The notes under the pieces: generated by a model | What the model saw: the letters and a program-made list of their open reading frames with translations, nothing else | Told to the model about the DNA's origin: nothing | The model's database searches: none | In this document: one piece after another, positions 1 through 19,600 of the stretch | Position numbering within the stretch: the stretch's first letter is position 1 | Layout: each line of letters opens with the position of its first letter | Made by a program: the position numbers and the translations under genes | Source: Phyllobates terribilis | Taxonomy: Eukaryota | NCBI RefSeq assembly: GCF_046119375.1 | Contig: NW_027362761.1 | Location: 803,520,001 to 803,584,000 of the forward strand | Length of the DNA: 64,000 bases | Reading direction: 5' to 3'

Positions 1-420
1 TTTGCATCCAGAAGAACTGGCTATACTCTATACAGAAGGCAAGAAAATAAGGCTTGACAGCTGCTGCATGGATAATGCAGTATTACATAGCAGCAATTCA
101 CATTTGGGCACTGCAGGAGTGGTGGAGGTTCAGAAGGTAAGGAACACTTATTTCTTTACTTTATATAGAGCCTCCTACCCTTCAAAAAGGGGTGGAAAAA
201 ATTGTATGGAATTTCCCACTTTTAGAAACTTAGTCCCATATAATTCCTATAATGTAAAATAGACAGGTGGTGATCGGTCTGGGAGGAGCTTTAAATAATG
301 TCTGTCGTTATTTTACGTTACAGGAATCATTTTGGGCCCCCTTTTCAAAAAGTGGAAACCCCTTTAAAGGGAAACTATTACTATATAAAATAATCAAAAG
401 ATATACATTTAAAGCAAGCT

Positions 421-1553
421 GAAGCCAAAATGCAACTGGCTTGTTTAGATGTTCTTTTGCATACTTTTGAAGCTGAATTTTATGGTGAGAACGCAGGAGA
501 GGTTTTCTTCTGATGACTTTTCCATGAAGGCCATATTGGTGCAGGTGTCTCTGAACAATAGAACAATGAATTACAACTCCAGAGTCGGCTAAATCTTTCT
601 GAAGGTCTTTTGTGGTTAAGCGGGGATTCTGATTTGCCTCTCTAGCAATCCTACGAGCAGCTCTCACTGAAAATTTGCTTGGTCTTCCAGACCTTATCTT
701 GACCTCCACTGTTCCTGTTAACTTTTATTTCTTAATTACATTTCGAACAGAGGAAAGGGCAACTTGAAAATGCTTTGCTATCTTCTTATAGCCTTCTGCT
801 GCTTTGTGAGCCTCCAGCATTTTAATTTTCAGAGTGCTAGGCAGCTGCTTAGTAGAATCCATAGCAGCAGTTTTTTAGCACACAGTTAGGGTACGTTCCC
901 ACGATCCGGAGCCACCTGCGACCCCAACGCTACAGAGCAGCTGCGCTGCTTCTGCCCTCATTTATGCACATGAGCGGCCGCATTTTTTTTTTTTCCACAT
1001 GCGAACTTTCCTCATAGAGGTTGGTCTATGGGGAAAGTCCACATGCGGACCCGCAAGAGAAATTGACATGCTGCGGGTCTGAAAGACGTGCCGCATGTCA
1101 CTTTCCGCGGATGATCCGCATGTGCCCAGAGACGCACAGTGGACACGGGATTTCTAGAAATCCCATCTACTATGCTGTAACATCTGGACACTGCGGGTTT
1201 GACGCTGCATAAACACGCAGCTTCAAACCCGCAGCGGCTCCTGATCATGTGCACATACCATTAGAAGAGGCTGGGTTTTTATAAAGCTGGGAAATTTGCA
1301 TCACCTGGCCTTTCCTAACAATGATAGTGAACAAGCCATAACCCTAAAAGGCTAGTTAAGGTCTGAAGCCTTGGTCAAAGTTACTTGAACACACATCTCC
1401 AAGGGTGAAAATATATTTTTTTTTGCCTAATATATAAAAGAAATGTGTCACCTTTGACTTTAGGCCTTTTAGAAATCATTTCATCTTCAACTTGCTTAAC
1501 TGTTCACAATAACAGTAATTTTGACCAGGGGTGCCCAAACTTTTACATGCCAC
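421..1553 (-). mobile_element. Truncated Tc1/mariner remnant interrupted by a MITE
   Basis: ORF 308..709 is a Tc1 HTH region (GRP..RKPLL); TIR-like GGGTGCCCAAACTTTTACATGCCAC near 1529-1553. Confidence 0.8.
889..1260. mobile_element. Harbinger/Tourist-like MITE
   Basis: GGGTACG...CATACCA termini with TTA flanks; a second copy at 60091-60438. Confidence 0.7.
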
Positions 1554-1619
1554 TCAATAGATGCACACACGTATATTTATTATATAATAAATATTTATTA
1601 TATCAATGCAACTGCTTAC

Positions 1620-10520
<8,901 letters not shown>

Positions 10521-11472
10521 AATGTGAAGAAGTCCATCCTACGAGCGGGATATTATGTCTGAACAAATATTCACTAAAGTCCCCAGGTAAAGACATGAGA
10601 TCCAATCTTGAAATCTCCTGCAGTTATTTAAATGTCATGTGTTTAATCTGTTTTCTTAAACTCTCCAAGGCTGGAATCCAAAGAAACATGGAGTGATATT
10701 TGACAGAACGCAAACATTTATGGTCACAGTTTCTTGGTTTTTGGTTGAAGATAAATCTAGGAGAATAGAACACTTTACTGTGTCTTGACGTATCCTGCAG
10801 ACTTGCTGATTTATTCCAGTTTTTAATGCAGAAGTCTAAAGAATGAAAAATAAGACCGTGATTAGCTGAACAAAAACCTATTAGTGTTAGACAAACTCAG
10901 GGAACCAGGGTTGCTCCTGGGCTTTCTTCTGTGGCATCTATGACATTTTTCATTGCCTTCCAGCATGGTCTACTTGGCTTCTGAAGTCTACAGTAAAGGT
11001 TATTCAAGATCTAATTCTTAATTATAGTTTAAATTATCAACGTACAGGAACAATAAAGGATATCTCAATTTTATAAAGTCATGTCCTAGCACAAGGACAT
11101 GCTATCACTTTATGATCATTGAGGGTTTGCTCTCTGGGACCCCAATGATGTAGAGAATTAAGGAACTGTAGCTCTGGTATACCCCTTAACAGTTTTTCCC
11201 TGTATACCAGCTCTAATGTCACCCATACTGCAAGAAACTTCAACCACAGATGGATTTGGATGAAGTATCTTGTGCTGCTGGGTGTGAAACGAAAATGTAC
11301 AAGAAGGTATAGCACTATACCATAATTGCGACCCTATTAACTTAGGCCTAACATGCCGGATCCAGCAGTAATTGCCACCTTATTCATTGTAAGGTCACGT
11401 AATCATGACAGCCATAAGCCGACCACCTTAGTAACGCGTCATTCGTAGCTAACTCTGCAGAAAACAAAGCAA

Positions 11473-11641
11473 GGCCACGTTCACATGTTCAGTATTTTAC
11501 CTCAGTATTTGTAAGCCAAAACCAGGAGTGGAACAGTCATAAAAAGTATAATAGAAACACGTCACCGCTTCTGTATTTATCACCCACTCCTGGTTTTGGC
11601 TTACACGTACTGATATGAAATACTGAAGGTGTGAACGTAGT
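11473..11641. mobile_element. Small palindromic Harbinger-like MITE
   Basis: GGCCACGTTCAC...GTGAACGTAG arms; same family as the element split at 32837/37077. Confidence 0.65.
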
Positions 11642-11741
11642 TTAACACACATCATGCATTAAAAATCCATGAAACCCATTTATCACCGCTCCACAACATA
11701 GATGATAAGTGTAGAATTGCTGGAGGGCTGACAGCTGAGAC

Positions 11742-11994
11742 CAGGGCTGTGGAGTCGGAAAGCCAAACCCAGACTCCACAGCACTGCCTCACTACTGAGC
11801 ATGTACATACAGTGCAGCACAGATTCATCTCACCTAAAAGCAGAGATCCTTAGATTAGGAATAGGACATTTCATAACTTTCGCAAATTCTTATGAAAACA
11901 TTTCCAGCACATCCTGCATTGAAATACTGTACCCAATTTATTATATATTTTAGGAGTCGGTCTATTTTATACAAACACCGACTCCGAAGCCCTG
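11742..11994. mobile_element. hAT-type MITE
   Basis: CAGGGCTGTGGAGTCGG TIR; exact 8-bp TSD GCTGAGAC. Confidence 0.85.
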
Positions 11995-12519
11995 GCTGAG
12001 ACTGCCATTAATAACAAGAACAAGGGTCCTCAAGCACCCTATGGGGGACTCCACTGATCATACATGTATCGTCTATACTAAGAACAGGTAAAAAAATAAT
12101 TTTAGCGGGTTAAAAGTACACTCTGGCGGTTTTTTACCCCCCATTACCAATTAGTAATGTGCATATACTGAGTGTATTAAAATTCTTACTAGTCGCTGCC
12201 TTTTGCTTTTTCCAGCATCACTTTGGTACTTCCCTACATCATGTAATTGCTGCTGTGACTTGCCGGAAGTCACTTTGAGCCTCGTAGACTTACTTACTAT
12301 GATAAAGTGTCCTTTGGTCCACATAGAAGATGCCATAGGTGCCGGCAAGTCACAATTGTGGCCAGTTGATGAAGAAGAGGGACCGAAGCAGCGCTGGGAA
12401 TGGCAGAACAGTGAAGATTTTCATACACTAACTACACACACCGATTGTTAACAATGGGGGTTATAGAAGAAAAAATTGCCGCGGTGCTCCTTTAACGATC
12501 TGATTATTGGAAAGGTTAC

Positions 12520-12795
12520 TAGTGTTGAGCGATTATGAACTGTTAACTCCTTCGGCGAGCACGCTCGGGTGCTCGCCGAGTATTTGCGGCGTGCTCGGCA
12601 TCGATGAAAGTGTCGCCACGCCAGCATGTGTCATATCTGTCATACACCTGGAACACATGCAGGGATTGCCTATTTGTCAGGCAACCCATGAATGTGTCAC
12701 AGCTGTCTAACAGCTGTGACACTTGCAGCCGCAGTGACAGTAAAAGAAACGCGTGCTCGTTTAAAGGGTTAAATGTGCACGCTCGATCATCACTA
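12520..12795. mobile_element. hAT-type MITE (TAGTGTTGAGCG family)
   Basis: TAGTG...CACTA termini; 8-bp flanks AAGGTTAC/CAGGTTAC. Confidence 0.7.
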
Positions 12796-13129
12796 CAGGT
12801 TACTCTTCAGTTCCATCAACATGTTGATGTTTTATTTCCAATCTCTCCACATCGGTTACAGCCACACAACAGATTACATACAAATAAATAGGTTTATCAA
12901 ATATAACTTTTATTTCTAATTTAATTGTAAAAAAAATAATGGCACAGCTTGACCAACAATTCCAACTATGACAGCTCACCTATTGAAAAGAACACTGTAG
13001 TCATGCTCTCCCTTGCCGGACATGGCTGATAACAGAGAACAGAAGAATGCATTTATCTGCAGTACATAGGTAAAGGTGGCAAGCAGTAATTATCTGAGCA
13101 GCTTTCCCCTACATGACCTCTGACCTTAC

Positions 13130-13544
13130 CTTAAGTCCCTGCGGTTTATCAGTGAATGTGTAGGAGATGCTCCTAACGTGTCTCCCCGAGCTGTATACAC
13201 CCAACTCTGTCAACAGACATTATTTGAATCTTTACGGTACGGCGCATGCTCATAGCAACCATGTAAGCGGCGCGTACTGATGACGGAACGCACTCCAGGC
13301 AGCCATGTTTCATTGGGGAAAACCCCATACTGTACTATAAATCCCAATACGGGTGTAATAAAGCGGCTCCCTTGTCCTCCCCTTAATCACGGTCTCTGGG
13401 TATTCGTAGTAGCAGTCTGTAGTGTGTTTGGCCCTTGTTGCTGTGACTTTTAGAATCCGGAACTGTAATGGATGAGGCAGTGTTGTGAGCCGGGCCGGTG
13501 AGGTGACGGGACACAGAGTGTAGCTGCTTCCTCTCCTTCTGCAG
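13130..13544. promoter_or_regulatory. Putative bidirectional HELQ/MRPS18C promoter with probable HELQ non-coding first exon (minus-strand donor AAG|GTAAGG at 13129)
   Basis: Local CpG enrichment; TGACG/CGGAA at 13281-13288; YY1-like GCAGCCATGTTT 13299-13310; ZNF143-like ACTATAAATCCCA 13334-13346; CCGGAA 13457-13462. Start sites are inferred, not seen. Confidence 0.55.
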
Positions 13545-13569
13545 GTCACAGGATACAGTGTGGGGAAGG

Positions 13570-13651
13570 ATGCTGCTGGTCACGGTACTGCGGGGAGCTG
13601 TGCTGAGGCGGCTGCCGGTCCTGTACTCCTCCTCCTCTGTACACAGCACAG
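13570..13651 (+). CDS. MRPS18C: MRPS18C first coding exon (mitochondrial presequence)
   Basis: ATG plus 27 codons rich in R/L/S/V with no acidic residue; ends CAG|GTAAGG in phase 1, as the next exon requires. It is the only array unit with an in-frame ATG and an upstream pyrimidine tract. Confidence 0.8.
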
Positions 13652-16600
13652 GTAAGGACTGGCAGGATAGGTCACAGGATACAGTGTGGGGTAGGGGGTG
13701 CTGGTCAGGGTACTACCGGGTCCTGTGCACCTCCTCCTCTGTACACAGCAAAGGTAAGGACTGATGCACTGGCAGCATAGGTCACAGGATACAGTGTGGG
13801 GTAGGAGGGTGCTGCCGAGTCCTGTGCACCTCCTCCTCTGTACACAGCACAGGTAAGGACTGATGCACTGGCAGCATAGGTCACAGGATACAGTGTGGGG
13901 TAGGAGGGTGCTGCCGGGTCCTGTGCACCTCCTCCTCTGTACACAGCACAGGTAAGGACTGATGCACTGGCAGGATAGGTCACAGGATACAGTGTGGGGT
14001 AGGAGGGTGCTGCCGGGTCCTGTGCACCTCCTCCTCTGTACACAGCAAAGGTAAGGACTGATGCACTGGCAGCATAGGTCACAGGATACAGTGTGGGGTA
14101 GGAGGGTGCTGCCGGGTCCTGTGCACCTCCTCCTCTGTACACAGCACAGGTAAGGACTGATGCCCTGGCAGCATAGGTCACAGGATACAGTGTGGGGTAG
14201 GAGGGTGCTGCCGGGTCCTGTGCACCTCCTCCTCTGTACACAGCAAAGGTAAGGACTGATGCACTGGCAGGATAGGTCACAGGATACAGTGTGGGGTAGG
14301 GGGTGCTGGTCAGGGTACTGCGGGGAGCTGTGCTGAGGCGGCTGCCGGTCCTGTGCACCTCCTCCTCTGTACACAGCACAGGTAAGGACTGGTGCACTGG
14401 CAGGACAGGTCACAGGATACAGTATGGGGTAGGAGTGTGCTGCCGGGTCCTGTGCACCTCCTCCTCTGTACACAGCAAAGGTAAGGACTGATGCACTGGC
14501 AGGATAGGTCACAGGATACAGTATGGGGTAGGGGGTGCTGGTCATGGTACTGCGGGGTCATGTGCACCTCCTCCTCTGTACACAGCACTGGTAAGGACTG
14601 GTGCACTGGCAGGACAGGTCACAGGATACAGTGTGGGGTAGGGGGGTGCTGGTCAGGGTGCTGCGGGGTCCTGTGCACCTCCTCCTCTGTACACAGGAAA
14701 GTGTAAGGTGCCCCAGCGAGGTAGTCGTGGGCGAGCTGTAGCCCCCTCTCGCTATGGCACCCTACAGACAATACGTGTCCTCCCTCTGAAGTGTGGCTGT
14801 GTATGTGGTGCTCTTCACTTACTTCAAGCCATCCGATCGCGGCTGTCTCCAGGCATTTCTCTTCTGGGACCAGGGCAGCAATAAATTCAGAGGACACAAG
14901 GGTCTTAACCAGAACTTGGACTTTACTTGGGGAAGAGGAATATGTACAATATTTACAGGCAGATATAATGGATAAGGCCCGACAGGTTACCATCTCTCTC
15001 ACAGGCGCTGGTAACTCCTTCAGCCCTGGTTCCCTCTTGAAATGAAGCATCTCTGTGACTCTAATCTCTGGCCCAAGAGACTCTTCTGCAATATCAACAG
15101 TGATCGGGATCCGATATCTCTCCCCCACGTCTTAGCCTGGAGTCCTATTTATCTTCCTCTGCTTCCTGCAGACTAGAAGTGCCCCGGGTCCTAACTACCT
15201 TTGATGAGTTTCTCCGGCCGGCTAACAGGACTCTTGCTCTTGCGTAGGGAGACTTTCACACTGGTGATCCCACTGTCTGAGGGTATGGAGCTCCATTCTA
15301 CCCTAGCAGCCACATATATTAGCTGCCCGTACAATTCACTGTCCTATCTCTTACTGCCCTCTGGACACTAAAACAGAGGCTTTTTGCTAATGTGCCCACC
15401 CTCTGTGAGCTGTCATCACCAACATTAACCCATCACTGTCTGTAACACTGCTAGCAGACTCAACCTGACATCTGCACCCAGGACAGTGGTATCTTGTGGC
15501 TGATTACAGGTACTGCTTCCCGCAAGGAACTATGCCAGAGCTAACCCCTTAGCTTGGCCTACCACAGTTCAGAGAGGACTGATTAAGGGAACACTTTCCT
15601 TAACTACTTCAGTGCCAAAGGAAGGCTACATCCTTCCCCACTATTACATAAGGACTGGTGCACTGGCAGGATAGGTCACAGGATACAGTGTGGGGTAGGG
15701 GGTGCTGGTCATGGTACTGCGGGGTCCTGTGCACCTCCTCCTCTGTACACAGCACAGGTAAGGACTGGTGCACTGGCAGGATAGGTCACAGGATACAGTG
15801 TGTGGGGTAGGGGGGTGCTGGTCAGGGTACTGCGGGGTCCTGTGCAATTCCTCCTCTGTACACAGCACAGGTAAGGACTGGTGTACTGGCAGGATAGGTC
15901 ACAGGATACAGTGTGGGGTAGGGGGGTGCTGGTCATGGTACTGCGGGGTCCTGTGCACCTCTTCCTCTGTACACAGCACAGGTAAGGACTGGTGCACTGG
16001 CAGGATAGGTTACAGGATACAGTGTGGGGTAGGGGGGTGCTGGTCAGGGTACTGTGGGGTCCTGTGCAATTCCTCCTCTGTACACAGCACAGGTAAGGAC
16101 TGGGGACATGGAAGTTACATGTTACATAGAGCCATGATGGGTATTTTCAATCATTGGCTCCTTGGATTATTGACTGTCAGGATCTGGTCCATCAGCGAAT
16201 CACATCCCGGAGTTCACAGCTCCTCTTATGATTAGCCGATGCCACGTCATTGTTGTGGCGTAACGTACACGTGACATCTCGCCAGTTCGGCTCATCAAAA
16301 GGGCTGTGGTTACCGGGAGGGAGAAGGCGACTCTCAGGGCTACCGGGTTACTGATGTGGCCACTGGACCGGGTCCTGGTAAACAAATGGCACCAGTATTG
16401 CCTATGCCATAATAGTATGGGGTAGCCGAATGCTGTGCCTTTATGACCCCAAGAAAATCTCTATTGCACGTGTGTGATTTACTGATGTGTGACTGTTAAT
16501 ATGCTGTGGTGTCTGGGGCAGCAGCAAAGTGGATGAGGTGACGGCACATCTCATCCACATGCCACAGATATTTTCCTCTCAGAAATTGATTTGTGGCAGC

Positions 16601-19600
16601 ATGTCAGTTCTGATTGGAAATTCTTACGTATGTTCCTCAATGAGTTCAAAGGGGAAAATGGATTGGTGAAAGTACCAACATGGCCATAAAATTTATTATT
16701 TGAACTGGAATCTATTGGCCTTCTCAAGTGGCGGACACAATAAACCACAATTTTATCATTTAACTTTTAATGGTTGTGTGAAGGGATGGAGAGGTTCTGG
16801 AGCTCTGTATCAAAGCCAGGAACGCCAATCTATGAAAAGATATCATGATGGATCATAAAATTAATTAGTACAACATTTTAGGTTCAACAAACAAAATAAT
16901 ATCCAGAGTTAGATGCATTTGGTCAGTTAGGTAAAAGAACACTGTTAGAATAAGACACTTATTGACTGATGTTCTTCTTTTCCTAGTAACCCCAGACAGT
17001 AACCAAGCAACACTTGAAGATATGGTAAAGATAAAACTTTAGTACGGTGTAATAATAGTTTAATGCATGTATTATTTTTTTCTTATAGCGGCACCTAAGA
17101 CGTAATTGATGCTGTCATCCCCCGTCTGCATGATTGTTCGTTACTTTCTTAATCTTGTGAGACAGAAATGATGTGCTCTGCAGGCAGTAAATTCACATAT
17201 ATTGCAGCAATTTTTATGACACCATGTCATTTTGCTTGTAGTACTTATGATGCTGTTATTTCATGCGACTGTGCACTGAGCCTAAAGAATACATCAGGGC
17301 CATTCCGATAGGCCGCCATTCACTAGATCGAGGCCAAAAGTGTGTTCTTTTGTCCTTCGCCTGGCAGGTATGCGTCTGCATACCATTTGTTTTACTACAC
17401 TGCTCAAAAAAATAAAGGGAACACTTAACAGAATATAACTCCAAGTAAATCAAACTGTCCACTTATGAAGCAACACTGATTGACAATCAATTTCACATGC
17501 TGTTGTGCAAATGGAATAGACAATAGATGGAAATTATTGGCAATTATCAAGACACCCTCAATAAAGGAGTGGTTCTGCAGGTGGGGACCACAGACCACAT
17601 CTCAGTACCAATGCTTTCTGGCTGATGTTTTGTTCACTTTTGAATGTTGGTTGTGCTTTCATACTCGTGGTAGAATGAGACGGACTCTACAACCCACAGA
17701 AGTTGCTCAGGTAGTGCAGCTCATCCAGGATGGCACATCAATGCGAGCTGTGGCAAGAAGGTTTTCTGTGTCTGTCAGCGTAGTGTCCAGAGGCTGGAGG
17801 CGCTACCAGGAGACAGGCCAGTACACCAGGAGATGTGGAGGGGGCTGTAGGAGGGCAACAACCCAGCAGCAGGACCGCTACCTCCGCCTTTGTGCTAGGA
17901 GGAACAGTAGGAGCACTGCCAGAGCCCTGCAAAATGACCTCCAGCAGGCCACAAATGTGCATGTGTCTGCACAAACTGTTAGAAACCGACTCTATAGGGG
18001 TGGTATGAGGGCCCGACGTCCACAGATGGGGGTTGTGCTCACAGCCCAACACCGTGCAGGACTCTTGGCATTTGCCACAGAACACCAGGATTGGCAAAGT
18101 CGCCACTGGCGCCCTGTGCTCTTCACAGATGAAAGCAGGTTCACACTGAGCACATGTGACAGACGTGACAGAGTCTGGAGACGCCGTGGAGAGCGATCTG
18201 CTGCCTGCAACATCCTTCAGCATGACCGGTTTGGCAGTGGGTCAGTAATGGTGTGGGGTGGCATTTCATTGGAGGGCCGCACAGCCCTCCATGTGCTCGC
18301 CAGAGGTAGCCTGACTGCCATTAGGTACACAGATGAAATCCTCAGACCCCTTGTGAGACCATATGCTGGTGCGGTTGGCCCTGGGTTTCTCCTAATGCAG
18401 GACAATGCCAGACGTCATGTGGCTGCAGTGTGTCAGCAGTTCCTGCAAGATGAAGGCATTGAAGCTATGGACTGGCCCACCCGTTCCCCAGACCTGAATC
18501 CGATTGAGCACATCTGGGACATCATGACTCACTCCATCCACCAACGTCACGTTGCACCACAGACTGTCCAGGAGTTGGCGGATGCTTTAGTTCAGGTCTG
18601 GGAGGAGATCCCACAGGAGACCATCCACAACCTCATCAGGAGCATGCCCAGGCATTGTAGGGAGGTCATACAGGCACGTGGAGGCCACACACAATACTGA
18701 GCCTCATTTTGACTTGTTTTAAGGACATTACATCAAAGTTGGATCAGCCTGTAGTGTGCTTTTCCACTTTAATTTTGGGGGCGACTCCAAATCCAGGCCT
18801 CCATTGGTTAATAAATTTGATTTCCATTGATGATTTTTGTGTGATTTTGTTGTCAGCACATTCAACTTTGTACAGAACAAAGTATTCAGTGAGAATATTT
18901 CATTCATTCAGATCTAGGATGTGTTATTTGAGTGTTCCCTTTATTTTTTTGAGCAGTGTATATAGGAAATCGCAGCAGACTGGTTTCTTCTAAAAGCGGC
19001 CATAAAAAGGAAAAAAGGTTACTTTGCAGCAAGGCTGTGGAGTCGGTAAGCCAAACCTCCGACTCCTCAATTTCCATGACTCCGACTCCCTCATACATGG
19101 CTCATGTTTAAGTGATAAATTTACTGTAGCACAGATTCATCTCAGCTAAAAGTCTAGACCCTTAGGTCAGGAATAGGACAGACATTTATAGGACATTTCA
19201 TAACTTTCCCAAATTCTTATGAAAAAATATTCCCCACAAACTGCATTGAACTACTGTACCCAATTTACTATATATTTTAGGCGTTGGAGTCGGTTCATTT
19301 TATACCGACTCCACCAAAATGGGCTCCGACTCCAACTCCGCAGCCCTGCTTTGCAGTGTTTTCATCAATTACTCTTTATGGGGAACGGCTGTTGGGACAC
19401 TCATCCAGATAGTGGGGACAAGCTCAGGACAGGACTTGTGGCTGTGAGACAGACACAAAAATATAACAACGCACACGCCCCTTAGTGACATTATGTTTCA
19501 TGTGCCCTTTCCCTCCAAAGTTCTTGTCTAATGCCAAAGGCAGCATGAGTATAAAGGAATCTTCCTGTCCCCCCTCTGTATTAGTAGTAGCAGATCAGAA

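Larger units (their letters stand above)
13545..16102 (+). repeat. Tandem array (~15 units, 99-133 bp) derived from the MRPS18C first coding exon; split by a solo LTR
   Basis: Recurrent GTCACAGGATACAGTGTGGGG...CTCCTCCTCTGTACACAGCA(C/A)AG|GTAAGGACTG; 14 intact GTAAGG donors. Confidence 0.95.

Noticed and set aside
2-262. 86-aa ORF at the window start or next HELQ exon
   Set aside because: No recognisable motif on either strand; the expected next HELQ exon was not found and probably lies outside the window.
12203-12451. VHIEDAIGAGKSQL resembling a nucleoside-kinase P-loop
   Set aside because: No downstream kinase motifs and no splice sites. The DNA there is part of a local inverted repeat (GTGACTTGCCGG / CCGGCAAGTCAC), so it is likely chance.
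13277-13292. CTGATGACGGAAC as a hammerhead ribozyme core
   Set aside because: No stem II and GAAC instead of GAAA; better explained as overlapping CRE-half and ETS promoter motifs.
13498-13544. GTGAG...pyrimidine-CAG as an MRPS18C 5' UTR intron
   Set aside because: Only 47 nt, below the usual vertebrate minimum; any upstream donor or start site is unresolved.
13580-14606. Long minus-strand ORFs (321, 230 and 98 aa) over the tandem array
   Set aside because: By-products of units whose length is a multiple of 3; repetitive, with no splice or promoter support, and antisense to MRPS18C.
14619-15128. 169-aa ORF in the solo LTR
   Set aside because: No gag/pol motifs and it runs across the LTR boundary into the array.
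13545-16102. Array as a CRISPR-like repeat-spacer locus
   Set aside because: No unique spacers, units are contiguous, eukaryotic context, no cas genes.
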